Assembly: GCF_009914755.1 (NCBI RefSeq)
Contig: NC_060935.1
Strand: one strand, 5' to 3'
Origin: the human T2T-CHM13v2.0 reference genome, Homo sapiens
Length of the DNA stretch: 64,000 bases
In this document: one piece after another, positions 28,581 to 43,027 of the stretch
Layout of the letters: the number at the start of each line of letters is the position of its first letter
Position numbering within the stretch: the stretch's first letter is position 1
Program-made: the position numbers and the translations under genes
Notes under the pieces: model-generated
What the model was told of the DNA's origin: nothing
What the model saw: the letters and a program-made list of their open reading frames with translations, nothing else
The model's database searches: none

Positions 28581-29799
28581 GTGAGCTGCTCCCACAGATC
28601 GTCACTCCCTTCCCCTGACCCTTCCCCCTTTCCTTCAGGTCTCAGGAGTCCAGAGTCATTCATACATACTCTTTCTCCCACTGTAAAGAGGTATTTAATC
28701 TGAAATGAAATAGTTACATAAGCTTCTCTCCTGCCCAATATTCAAAACCAGAATTTATAAAATAGAAAGCTAAGCAACAATGACTAGCCTTATTCCAGAA
28801 GGATCCTTCTTTTTATGTATAGGTATTTGCTAAGGCACTTCTACCGCAGAGCATTTTTCTCTCCACATTAGCTGCTGCTGTTATCCATTTGACAGAGAAG
28901 CCGAGAAAAGAGGCTGAGAGCTAACGGCTTAAATGTTAGGAACCTTTGTTCCCTAAAGATCAATTCAAGAAAGAGATAAGGTAGATTAAAAAAAAAAAAA
29001 AGATTTGGGGAAACATTTCATTTGTAAAAATTCAAGCTGTTTCAGGAAATAACTTTTACTTAAAGCAAACTACACCTGGGATTGGGGAGCACTGCCCTGC
29101 CTTATACCTAGAATGTGGAGCAGGTTGTGTGTGTTGTGGGGGGAGGTGGTAAAGAAAGAGAAAGGAGGGGAGAGGGTGAGATTTCGAACTGAGAGCTCAT
29201 TGGCATGACCATTAGAACAACTTCTGCTGGTCACAGTCACAGCGTATTAAGGTCTGCTGAGGTGGGATTGGTCATGAAATCGATAAGCACTGCATTTTGT
29301 GTTTGATTCTGGTTTATTGTAGACTGTTTTCTGCAGACATCCTTTGATGTGCGTTTGGCTGTGAGCAAAGTAATATAGATTTTCCCATTGCATTCTGGGT
29401 CTCAAGGCTGACTCCCTTGCAGTCCAGCACCTTTGGGGTGGGGATAAGGAGCTATTTGGGATGGTACCTGGGCCTCCAGATGCCAGGCCTGGACCACGTG
29501 GGAGGTAGGAACTGATGGTGTTGATGTGTCCTGCTTTGGTTAAGATTAGCTCAGGACTGAAAGGAACTAAGCTTTCAGATGGGAGCTCCTGGTGCACAGC
29601 CATGGGTAGTTGGAGATCAGAGAAATTTGGGAGGGGAAGAAGGTGCTGGCACCAGGATAGGCAATTGTGATTTGATATTTATTCTGCAAGGGTGGGGGTT
29701 AGGGAGGAATAGGGAGGGAGGTAGATTTAAGAGTTAAGCTATATTTTAAGAAGTTAAGGGTGCAACATGGCTTGGAGGGGGAAGATACTGGAATTTTTA

Positions 29800-30230
29800 A
29801 AATGAATTGAGAAATCATTGCTCTGTCTCAGTGTGTGATGGAAAGGTTAGAGGAATGGAGGGTGAGGATGGAGGGAAAAGGGAGAGAGATGAATGCAAAG
29901 ACAGAAGAGAGAGGGACAAGAAGTTAAAGATGATTCTAGGTTCCAAAGCTGGATGAGTTTGTTCATTCACGTATTCATTCATTCATTCATTCATTCATTC
30001 ATTCATCATTCATTCACCTAAGAGTAACTGAGCAGCACCAGTCAGGGTGCTACACACTGGAGGGAAAGACATGCTTTTCTGGAGGTAACTGTCTAATGAA
30101 GGGTTTATGGATACAAAAATGGGCAATTACAACATCTGTGGGAGCAGTTGGGGTCCCTGGTTGGGAGCTACGGGGAGTGGTTCAAGACAGCATTTTGGAG
30201 CAGGTGATCTCTAAGCTGTCAGCTAGTCAA
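29800..30230 (-). mobile_element. L2 fragments including a (TTCA)n tail at about 29960-30016
   Basis: attcattcattc array, typical of L2 3' ends, followed by L2-like sequence. Confidence 0.65.
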
Positions 30231-30364
30231 CAAAATCAAATCCTTAGACCATAGAGGGAAAACAAATGTGGATGAGGCATCTGGTTGGCAAGCAGACATG
30301 ATTGATGACCTTTGAGAGTGCAGTTTCAAGAGAATTAGAACCATGGCAAAGGCAATGTTTTAAA

Positions 30365-30878
30365 GTATTGTGCATTAATAGAAAAATCAAGGTGCAGTAA
30401 GGCCAGCAGGTCAGGAGACAATTGCCCTTGAAGAGATAGTTTGTTCCTCACAGTTCCCAAGAGGAGGGACCATGCCACGCCACGGGGAGCCACATGGGAG
30501 GTCCTGGGATCACTCAGGAGCAAGCAAGAACCTTTACTGTGGTTTCTGTGGGAAGAACCAGGTGAAGCAAGGCAAGCAGATTTAGGGTGGGCTTGTTTGA
30601 ATAATTCCAGCAGCTCTGGGGTATAGGTGCCATCCTAGTTGTGTGGTACCTGGCCCGGGGTGATTAGGGCAGGTGGCTGGTGGTCCAGAGTGGGAGATTC
30701 AATAAAGGAAATAGTTGGGCTATAGGCTCTGGATTGGTTGGTTTGTTCTCAGAAAATGCCCTTGTGTACCTATCTCTAGGAACTGGCTAACCCTGGGAGG
30801 GGCAGTCTCTCCCGGGTCAGCAAGACCCCAAGATGTCGAAGCATCAAAATACAGAAAATGAAAGACACGGTTAATACC
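30365..30878 (-). mobile_element. MER74-like ERVL solo LTR
   Basis: Minus strand begins gtattaaccgtgtctttcattttctgtattttgatgcttcgacatcttgggg...gactgcccctcccaggg, like the MER74 consensus. Confidence 0.7.
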
Positions 30879-30894
30879 AGCAGTTAAGGGAATC

Positions 30895-31080
30895 ATCATT
30901 GATAACATTTATTGGACACTATATGTGAGGCATGTTTTACATGTTTTAACTCACTTCTCATGGTGTCTTTTGGACTTAAGTACTACTTTACTGAGGAGGA
31001 ATCTTAAGCTCAGAGAGGTTAAGTAACTTGAGGTAGTTTACACAGCTAGTCAGTGTCTGGGCCTGGGGTCCAGTGTAGCA
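30895..31080 (-). mobile_element. MIR
   Basis: gctcagagaggttaagtaacttg...cacagctagt. Confidence 0.75.
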
Positions 31081-31330
31081 GGCAAGCTCCCAGGCTGGTA
31101 GTCTCAGCTGTGTGCTCTGCGGCTTCTGTAGTGGGTGCTGAGCAAGCCAGCACACAAAGGGTGTGGATCCCTCATTCAGCAATAGCAACTTTAATTAAAA
31201 TTAAAAATTTCTTGTGTTTATATATGGCATTCTTCTTTCAAAAACTTCCAATTTGATTCTACTACTTCCGCCATGATGGAGGTAATGGTGTTTTGGCAGT
31301 AGGATTAATTGAGGATCAGAAAGATTTTGG

Positions 31331-31789
<459 letters not shown>

Positions 31790-32419
31790 TCAGGGAATCT
31801 TTTGCAAGCCCAGTTACTGTTCTTTCTATAAAGAAGTGGTGAAGGGCAGTCTGTGCTGGGGCCTTTGGAGCATGGAGTGAACCCAAATGAGATTCACTTG
31901 GTAATTATGTTTTCCTTAATGAAGTTTAAAAGGGGTGGTAACTAACAGGGCTTTATCCTGACACCAGCCATTCCTCATCCGTAAATGGTGCTTCGTAGCA
32001 GAAGCATATGTGAAGTTTAAAATGTTTTGCATATACTATCTCTATTCTCCCCATTTTTAATACTGTAAATATATTGTCAGATCATAATATATCCCTATTA
32101 ACTCTCAATCTTGTTTAATGCTCATCATTGGTTTTATGTCAATGTCTCTCTAGTTATTTTGTTGTCTGAAATTCATTCTTTAGCAGATTCCTAAAGGAGG
32201 GCTCTTGGGAACAATATTCTCTCAGTTCTTACATGTTACGTTAATATAAGTGTGTGTTCTTCACACTTGAAGGTGATTTCCACCCACCACTCTTCCAGGC
32301 CTCATTCCCAGCCCCTGTGCTTTGCATTGACCCCTCCCCAAGAGGGTGGACAGCTGATCGGCCTCCATTGAGCATCACCTGCCCTGAGAGGTATTCTAGT
32401 TATCCCCACTGTGAGGGTG

Positions 32420-32625
32420 ACAAGCAACACCAGGACCCAGAAGCCCTGGATCTGCCATTAACCAGCTCTATGGCCTCGGGCAAATCCCTGAATCAAAGAA
32501 GGTCAAGACCCACAATTAGGAAACTGAGGTTTAGAGGAGAAAGTTGCTTGCCCAAGGTCACACAGATGTACCCAGATGGTAGATTCCAGGCCTTGGAACC
32601 AGACCTTCAGCCCAAGTGTTGATTT
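32420..32625. mobile_element. Two MIR fragments in opposite orientation
   Basis: ctgccattaaccagctctatggcctcgggcaaatc (+), then aggaaactgaggtttagagg...ttgcccaaggtcacacag (-). Confidence 0.6.
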
Positions 32626-32787
32626 GCCCACATGAAGTCCCATGTAAAGTTTCTCACATACCATGTTTGCCTCTAAAACAGGGCCAGTTAGTGTGCCTGG
32701 CCTTCCTCACAGTGGATAGGACATCTGAAAGTGCTTTATAAGCTGTGACGCTCCAAACCAGTGGTTCTTGGTAAGGGTAGCACCTGT

Positions 32788-33450
<663 letters not shown>

Positions 33451-34330
33451 AAGAGGCATTTTGTCAGTTTGTTAGGTGAACTTTGTGTTTTTACAATGAT
33501 TGGAGAAGGAATGTTATTGGCATTGAATGTGCCCGGCCTGGTACTGGGTACCCTCAAGATTCAGGACAGTCCAACACAATGAAGGCATTTCCTGCTTCCT
33601 CCAAGACTTTTGCATGTTCTGCTGGACCTTCATGTAAGTGACAAACCTGTTTATAAATGTCTAAGCCTAGAAACTAACTATATTTTATTTATTTGTAAAT
33701 TCAGAGTAATTTTTGTCAAGGTTTAGTATGCATTGGATTTTCCATTAATGTAACTACTAAGTAAACTGACAAGACTATACTTTGTTTTGTTCTGAATTTT
33801 ACCAAAATTGTGCACCATTTTGGAAAATCATATCACCCTCTTCACTCTTGCCAACTTGGTTTGTGGTATTTGTGTTGCCAACACAATACTCCTGTATTAG
33901 TCTGAATTTGTGGTTGCTGTGTTTATAGTGATTCTATATAAGGGTGCAAACATCTGACTCTTTCATTATGTCTTCTAGTTTAGTCTTGCTCAACTATTCG
34001 CATAATAAAATACTATTCTATTGCAAATTTTCTTTTTATTATTCTTTATATAATTAGGGATTATGTGGATTTTTGAAAACAATTAGGTATGCAGTTACAA
34101 ATAAATTTTATTTCAGAATAGAAAAGGGGCCTTACAAAATATCTGTTATAGAAAGGGAATTTTGATTTGAATAAGAGTTGAGAACCATTGCTCTTTACAA
34201 GAGTTAGCTGGTCTCCATATCCAGCAGCATAGACAGGGCCCATGTCCTGAGTGAAAGGTTTAGGTTGGTGGCTGGTAATTTTAGGAAAATGTTCATGTTC
34301 CAGAACTTGCTATGGCCCAGGGCTTAGTTC

Positions 34331-34777
34331 TGTTACCAAAACACCAGGGCTTTAGTCTAGGTCCTGTTGTTCCCCACATAGAAAGCCAGTGACTGAGATG
34401 ACTAGTGTTGCCAAGGAAGAAGGCTTTAATTGGGTGCTGTAGCCAAGGAGATGGTAGATCAGTCTCAAATCCATCTCCCTGACCAACTAAAACTAGGGGT
34501 TTATACAGCAGGGAAGAAATGTAACAGTGTGTAAGAAAACAGGAACTAGGGAGGGGCAAGGAAGCAGTCATGAGGAATGAGGGGTCTGGCATCTCATTGC
34601 TTGGATGTGGTCATCTGGTGAGTTTCAATTCTTTGATTCTTTTCTTGAGAGCCCTGGGGGTCCTTTCTTGAGGAATAACTCAGATAAAACAAACTAAGTT
34701 GCAAGCTTTAGGACCAGAAGGGTCATTTTCTATGTTTATAAAAAAAAAAAATCTATGGAACTATTGGGTCACTTTCT
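34331..34777 (-). mobile_element. ERV1-class solo LTR (LTR23-like)
   Basis: Starts tgttacc; 4-bp TSD gttc on both sides; minus strand carries TATAAA and ATTAAA signals. Confidence 0.75.
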
Positions 34778-34819
34778 GTTCCCTTGGCCATATCCAGAGG
34801 CATTTGGAAATACATTTGG

Positions 34820-35785
34820 CAGGCAAATATTTATGGGCCACTTATTACATACCAGGTGTTATCCTTTTCCACAAAGAGAATTCTAGTGATGGTGGTGGTG
34901 GGGGGTATACAGACAGACAATATTTTTATATACAAATAAATGAATAAGATAATTTCAGGCACTGATGAGTGCTAAGGCAAAATAGGTAGCACTTAGGGTA
35001 TTCAGGAAGGCTTCTCTGAGTTATACCTAATGGTGAGAAAGAGGCAGTGTTACAAAAACCTAGCAGAAAGACATTCCAACCACAGGGAACTGCAAGGACA
35101 AGTGCCCTGAGATGGGAAGCATTTGAACATGTTTTGGGGACAAAAGGATGACCAGAGGTCAGGAACATAGAGATTATAGAGAGAGTGGTGGAAATCAGAG
35201 AGGACAGCATGGTCACAATTATGTAGGGTCTTGTAAGCCATAGTGGAGGTTGGAATGTTATTGTTTGCAGTAGAAAGCCTTTGGGATCTGTTAAACATGG
35301 GGATGATATATCTGAGTTATGCTTTAGAGAGACCACTGTGGCTGCCCTGCAGGGAGAATAGAGGCAGAGAGACCAGTCAGGAAGCTCATGCAGAAGTCCA
35401 GAAGTGAGATGGTGGAGGCCCAGGCCAGGGTAAAAGCAGTGTTGATGGTAAAAAGCAATTGAATTAGAGATGTATTTTGGAGATAGAATACTCCACATCC
35501 ATTAATCACGTCCATTGGCCAGAGCCTATGGACATGATTAATTTTGGAATGTGGGGAAAAGAGACTGACTGCTAAGTTTTTGGCCTGAGCAATTGGGAAG
35601 GAGGTGGTGCCATTTATTGAGATGGGAAAATTAATAGAGATGGTATATTTTAAGGGGGAAATTGGCTTATTTTGGCTAAGTTAAATTTGAGACATCTATT
35701 AGACATAGATCATGTCAACTAATAGTTGGGCATAGAAGTTGAGAGATGCAGGCTGGGGATAAACATTTGAAAGTCATCAACAGGA
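34820..35785 (-). mobile_element. L2a (3' part; resumes at about 46950)
   Basis: aaatatttatgggccactt...tagagagaccactgtggctgc...tggcctgagcaattggg...aaagtcatcaaca. Confidence 0.8.
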
Positions 35786-35789
35786 GAGC

Positions 35790-37585
35790 CTCTGGTAACA
35801 TAGCAGCAGTGGTGGCAGCATGGTTTGTGGATCTTCCCAAATCCCCACATAAGACAGATGAAACAACAAAATAACAAAACCAAAAATCCATAGACAACAT
35901 TTACAATAAAACTAGGTGACGGGAGTATTTCCATGAACTTCCAAATACAATAGGGTGGGGAGAAACAATTAACAAATAAAAGACTTCTCTGTTATTTGTG
36001 TCCAAAAATGAAAAGCAGAAAGAAGCAAGGGGAAGACAGACCTGAGAACAGGAGAACCACAAACTAGCAACAGATTTGCACTGGAAAATGTGATGGGCCA
36101 ATTTGAGGATAGGAACTGCAGTTGGGAGGGGTTTGGCCCACTTCAGTAGTAGGTATGTGCAACAAGTCCACCAGATGGAACAAAGGGGCGAGAGCAGCCT
36201 CGTTCCTGCATATTCTCCAGACTGACCTCTCAGGGCTTCCTTCCAGAGTTCCCACTGAAGAGAAACCACTGGGAATGGAATAGAAATTGAACAGGGTGAG
36301 GAAAATAAAGACTAAACAAAGAGAAAGTCCAGATAAAAGTTGGGGAGGGGAACAGAACCAGGAAATCTCAGAAAGGAAGCCACCAGAAATTTTTTTAAAC
36401 GCTATATAAAACAACAGAAATGGGAGCTCTGTGAAATTAGAAAGGATATATGAAAGAAACCTCATTCTAAAGGTTCAGGAAAACTTATTTTACATAGAAA
36501 TGAAATGATTGGATCCAACTTTAATAAAAGTTACTGTAAGAAAGAGAGAATGAGATGAGTAACATCCTGCTGAGCATGAAAGCACACCAGAAACTCATGC
36601 TCAGAAAAGCAGAAAAAAATAAAAACCTATGGCACACTGTTTCACGATGAGCTCAAAAGCATTTTAAAATGATAAAAGACATGAAAGATAACATAAATCA
36701 GAAGTAGAAAAACTTAGAAATGGGATGCAGATTCAAGAAAGAATTAGAAATAGAAGGAAAAACATTATTTTATAAATGAAAATAAAACTATAAGGAGCAC
36801 AAGAACCAATAAACACTATAAATAATGCTTATGAGAAACAAAAAGCACAAAGGGAGGAAAATTTTAGAATCAAAAAGAAATTAAGAATGTGATAAATATG
36901 GTTTGAGAGAAAAATGACAAATATTGAAGATAGGCAATGAAGATCCAATATGTGAACAATAGGCATCCCTGTGAAGCAAAAACCAAAGTAACATCCTAAA
37001 AATTATAATTCAAAAAGCCTCATGAAATTAAACATATATAAATTTAAACTTGTATATTGAAAGAGCACACTGTGCACCTCAGAATATTAACTCAGAAGAA
37101 CCAAGACATATTTTAGTAATATAACTGGGTTTTAAAGAAAAAGAAAAAAAATACTTTGGACATCTAAGCTAAAAGTGACATATAGGAGAAAGAAAATGAC
37201 ATTGTCATTCTGACTTTTCTACAGTCATATGTTATGAGAGAAGAAAATGGAATAACATATTAAAGGTATTCAAAAAAGAAAATGTGAACATGAGCCAAGG
37301 ATTTTATATTCAGTAAAATCGACCTTCAAGTGTGAAGAACACACACTTATATTAACGTAACATGTAAGAACTGAGAGAATATTGTTCCCAAGAGCCCTCC
37401 TTCGGGAATCTGCTAACGAATGAATTTCAGACAACAAAATAACTAGAGAGAGATTGACATAAAACCAATGATGAGCATTAAACAAGATTGAGAGTTAATA
37501 GGGATATATTATGATCTGACAATATAGATATAATATTAAAAATGGGGAGAATAGAGATGGTATATGCAAAACATTTTAAGCTTTT
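35790..37585 (+). mobile_element. Old L1 (L1MC/HAL1-like) 5' and ORF1-like part
   Basis: A-rich degenerate ORF1-like sequence (gaagataggc...agatccaatat...ccaaggattttatattcagtaaaa). Confidence 0.6.
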
Positions 37586-39066
37586 AAAAATATCTTTTCA
37601 CAATTTTATTTTTAATTTTTGTGGGTACATAGTAGGTGTATATATTTATGAGGTACATGAGATACTTTGATACAGGCATACAATGTATAATAATTACATC
37701 ATGGTAAATGGGGTATTCATCCCCTCAAGCATTTATCCTTTGTGCTACAAGCAATCCAATTAAACTCTTTTAGTTATTTTTAAATGTACAATTAAATTAT
37801 TATTGACTATAGTCACCCTGTTGTGCTAGCAAATACTAGGTCTTATTCATTCTTTTAAACTATTCTATTGCACCAATTAACTATCCCCACTTTCTCCCCA
37901 CTTCCCCACTACCCTTCCTAGCCTCTGGTAACCATCCTTCTACTCTCTTTCTCCATGAGTTCAATTGTTTTGATTTTTAGATCCCACAAACAAGTGAGAA
38001 CATGCGAAGTTTGTCTTTCTGTGCCTGGTTTATTACACTTAATATAATGGTCTCCAGTTCCATGTATTTTGTTGCAAATAATATTATCTCATTTTTTATG
38101 GCTGAATAGTACTCCATTGTGTATATGTACCACATTTTCTTTATCCATTCATCTGTTGACGGACACTTAAGTTGCTTCCAAATCTTGGCTATTGTGAATA
38201 GAGTTGCAATAAACATGGGAGTGCAGATATCTCTTTGATACACTGATTTCCTTTCTTTTGGGTACATACCTAGCAGTGGATTCCTGGATTGTATGGTAAC
38301 TCTATTTTTAGTTTTTGAGGAATTTCCATACTGTTCTCCTTAGTGGTTATACTAATCTACATTCCCACCAGCAGTGTGTGAGGGTTCCCTTTTCTCCACA
38401 TGCTTGCCAGCGTTTGTTATTGCCTGACTTTTGGATAAAAGTCGTTTCAACTGGGGTGAGATGATATCTTGCTGTAGTTCTAATTTGCATTTCTCTGATC
38501 ATCAGTGATGTTGAGCACCTTTTCATGTGCCTGTTTGCCATTTGTACGTCTTCTTTTGAGAAATGTGTATTCAGATCTTTTGCCCATTTCTTAATTGGAT
38601 CATTGGACTTTTTCCTATAGAGTTGTTTGAGCTCCTTATATATTCTGGTAATTAATCTCTTGTCAGATGAGTAGTTTGCAGATATTTTCTTCTATTCTGT
38701 GGGTTATCTCTTCAGTTTGCTGACTGTTTCCTTTGCTGTGCAGAAGTTTTTTAATTTGATGTGATCCTTATTTGTCAATTTTTTTCTGTGTTTGCCTGTG
38801 CTTGTAGGGTATTACTCAAGAAATCTTTGCCCAGACCAGTGTCCTGGAGAGTTTCTCCAGTGTTTTCTTGTAGTAGTTTCATAGATTGAAGTCTTAGCTA
38901 TGAGTCTTTAATCCATTTTGATTTTATTTTTATATATGGTAAGAGATATGGGTCTACTTTCATTCTTTTGCATATGGATATCTAGCTTTCCCAGCAACAT
39001 TTATTGAAGAGACTGTCTTTTCCCCAGTGTACATTCTTGGCACCTTTGTTGAAAATGAGTTCACTA

Positions 39067-39370
39067 GGTGGGGCACGGTGTCTCATGCCTGTAATCCTAG
39101 CACTTCTGGAGGCTGAGGTGGGTGTACCACTTGAGCTCAGGAGTTCAGGACCGGTCTGGGCAATACGGCAAAACCCTGTCTCTATGAAATATTATACAAA
39201 AATTAGCCAGGTGTGGTGGTGTCTACCTGTAGTCACAGCTACTCGGGAGGCTGAGATGGGAGGATCACTTTAGCCCAGGAGGCAGAGGTTACAGTGAGGT
39301 GCAATTGCGCCACTGCACTCCAGCCTGGGTGACAAAGTGAGACCCTGTCTCAAAGAAAGAAAGGAAAAAA
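39067..39370 (+). mobile_element. Alu (AluJ-like)
   Basis: Diverged full Alu; TSD gagttcact. Confidence 0.95.
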
Positions 39371-41105
39371 GAGTTCACTGTAGATGTATGGATTTTTGTC
39401 TGGGTTGTCAATTCTGTTTCATTGATCTATGTATCTGTTTTTATGCCAATACAATGACTTTTTGGTACTGTAGCTCTTTGAAGTCCAGTAATATGATCCC
39501 TCCAGTTTTGTTGTTTTTGCTCAGGATAACTTTGGCTATTCTGGGTCTTTTGTGGTTCCATATACATTTTAGTTTTTTTTTCTATTTCCGTGAAGAATGT
39601 AATTGATATTTTCATAGAGATTGCACTGCATCTGTAGATGCTGTGGGTAGTATGGACATTTTAAAATGATTGATTCTTCCAATCAATGAACATGAAACAT
39701 CATTCCCTTTTTTGGTGTCCTCTTTAATTTCTTTCATCAGTGTTTTTTAGTTTTCATTGTAGAGGTCTTTCACCTCTTTAGTTAAATTAATTCATAGGTA
39801 TTTAACTTTATTTGTGGCTATTTTGAATGAAATTACTTTTTGATTTCTTTTTCAGGTTGTTCAGTGCTGGCATATAGAAATACTACTGATTTTATATGTG
39901 GATTTTGTATCCTGCAACTTTTCTGAACTTGTTTATCAGTTCTAATAGTTTTTTGGTGGAGTCTTCAGGTTTTTCCAAATGCAAGATCATATCATCTGCA
40001 AACAAGGATAATTTGATTCCTTTCTTTTTCAGTTTTGATGCTGTTTCTTTCTTTCTCTTGTCTGATTGCTCTAGCTAGGACTTCCAGTACTATGTTGAAT
40101 AAAAGTGGGGATGGTGGGCATCCTTGTTGTGTTCTGGATCTTAAAGGAAAGGCTTTCAGTTTTTCTCCCTTCAGCATGATACTAGCTGTGGGTCTGTCAT
40201 GTATGGCTTTTACTGTGTTGAGGTATGTCTCTTCTATACCTGTTTTTTTTTAGTTTTTTTTTTTTAATCATGAAAGGATGTTGAATTTTATCAAATGCTT
40301 TTCAGCAACAATTGAAATGATCATATGGTTTTTGTCTGTCATTCTTTTGATATAATGTCACGTTGCTTGATTGTCATATGTTGAACTCCCTTGCATCCCT
40401 GGGATAAATCCTACTTGATCATGATGAATGATCTTTTTAATATATTGTTAAATTTGGTTTGCTAGTTTTGTTGAGGATTTTTTGCATCAGTAGTTATTAG
40501 TGATACTGGCCTGTAGTTTTCTATTTTTGATATGTCTTTGTCTGGTTTTGTTCTCAGGGTAATACTGGCCAAATAGAATGAGTTTGGAAGTATTCCCTTT
40601 TCCTGTTTTTTGGAATAGTTTGAGTAGAATTAGTATTAGTTCTTTAAATGTTTGGTAGAATTCAGCAGTAAAGCTATCAGGTCCCAGGATTTTCTTTACT
40701 GGGAGACTTGATTATGGTTTCGATCTCATTACTTGTTATTGGTCTATTCAGGTTTTGGATTTCCTCCTGGTTCAATCTTGGAGGCCGTATCTAGGAATTT
40801 GTCTATTTCTTCTAGATTTTCCAATTTATTGGTATATAGTTGCTTATAGTAGCCACTAATGATCCTTTGAATTTCTGCAGTGTCAGTTGTAATGTCTCCT
40901 TTTTCACCTCTGATTTGTTTGTTTGGATCTTCTTTCTTTTTTTCCTAGTCCGGCTAAAGGTTTGTCATTTTTAAAAATGTTTTCAAAAAACCAACTCTCT
41001 GTTTCATTGATTTTTTTTATTCTTTGTTTCAGTTCCATTTATATGTGCTCTGATCTTTATTTCTATTAATTTTGGGTTCAGTTTGCTCTTGGTTTTCTAG
41101 TTCTT

Positions 41106-41423
<318 letters not shown>

Positions 41424-42697
41424 AACTTTTCTAGTTCTTTAGGATGCATCATTAGGTTATTTATTTGAAATTGTTTTTATTTTTTAATGAGGCACCTACA
41501 GGTATAAGCTTCCCTCTTAGTACTGTTTTCACTGTATTGATAGCTTTTAGTATGTTGTGTTTCCATTATCGTTTGTTTAAATAAATTTTTTCATCATTCG
41601 GGAGCATATTGTTTATTTTCTGTGTGTTTATGTAGTTCCCCAAATTCCTCTTGTTATTGATTTGTAGTTTTATTCCATTGTGGTCAGAGAATATGTTTCA
41701 TATTATTTCAATTTCATTGAATGTTTTAAGGCTTGTTTTGTGACGTAGCATATGGTCTGTCCTTGAGAATGATCCACGTGCTGAGAAGAAGAATGTGTAT
41801 TCTGCAGCCACTGGATGAAATGTTCTGTAAATATCTATTAGGTCTATTTATTCTACAGTGCATATTAAGTCCAGTGTTTCTTTGTTGATTTTCTTTTTGG
41901 AAGATCTGTCCGATGCTGAAAGTGGGGTGTTGAAATCTCCAGCTATTATTATATTGGGGTCTATCTCTCTCTTTAGCTCTAATAATATTTGCTTTATATA
42001 GCTGGGTGCTCAAGTGTTGGGTGCATATGTATTTACAATTGTTATATCCTTTTGTTGAATTGACCTCTTTATCATTATATAATGACATTCTATGTTTCTT
42101 CTTACAGATTTTGTCTTGAAATTTATTTTGTCTAATATATGTATAGCTACTTCTGCTCTTTTTTGGTTTCCATTGGCATGAAATATCAGTCTATGTGTAT
42201 CTTTATAGGTGAAGTGTGTTTCTTGTAGGCAACAGATTATGTGGTCTTGTTATTTTGTGCATTCAAGCACTGTGTGTCTTTTTATTGGAGAATTTAGTCC
42301 ATTTATATTCAATGTTATTATTGATAAGTAAGGAATTACTCCTGCCATTTTGTTATTTTTTTTCTGTTTTTTTTTGTGATCTTCTTGTCCTTCTTGCCTT
42401 CCTTCCTGTCTTCCTTTTAGTGAAGGTGCTTTTCTCTGGTGGTGTGATTTAATTTCTTGCTTTTTATTTTTTGTGTATCTGTTGTATTTTTTTGGGGGGG
42501 GAGCTTACCATAAGGTTTGCAAATACTATTTTATAACTCATTATTTTAAATTGATGACAACACTGAATGCACAAACTAACAAGCAAGAAGAAAACTAACA
42601 AAAACTCTACATGTTAACTTTGACCCCCTGCTTTTTAATTTTTTGTTTCTCTTTATGTCATATTGTACTATGCCTTAAAAGTTGTTGTAGTTATTAA

Positions 42698-43027
<330 letters not shown>

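Noticed and set aside
34926-35498. 190-aa minus-strand ORF, the longest in the window
   Set aside because: Lies wholly in a degenerate L2; out-of-frame L2 remnant
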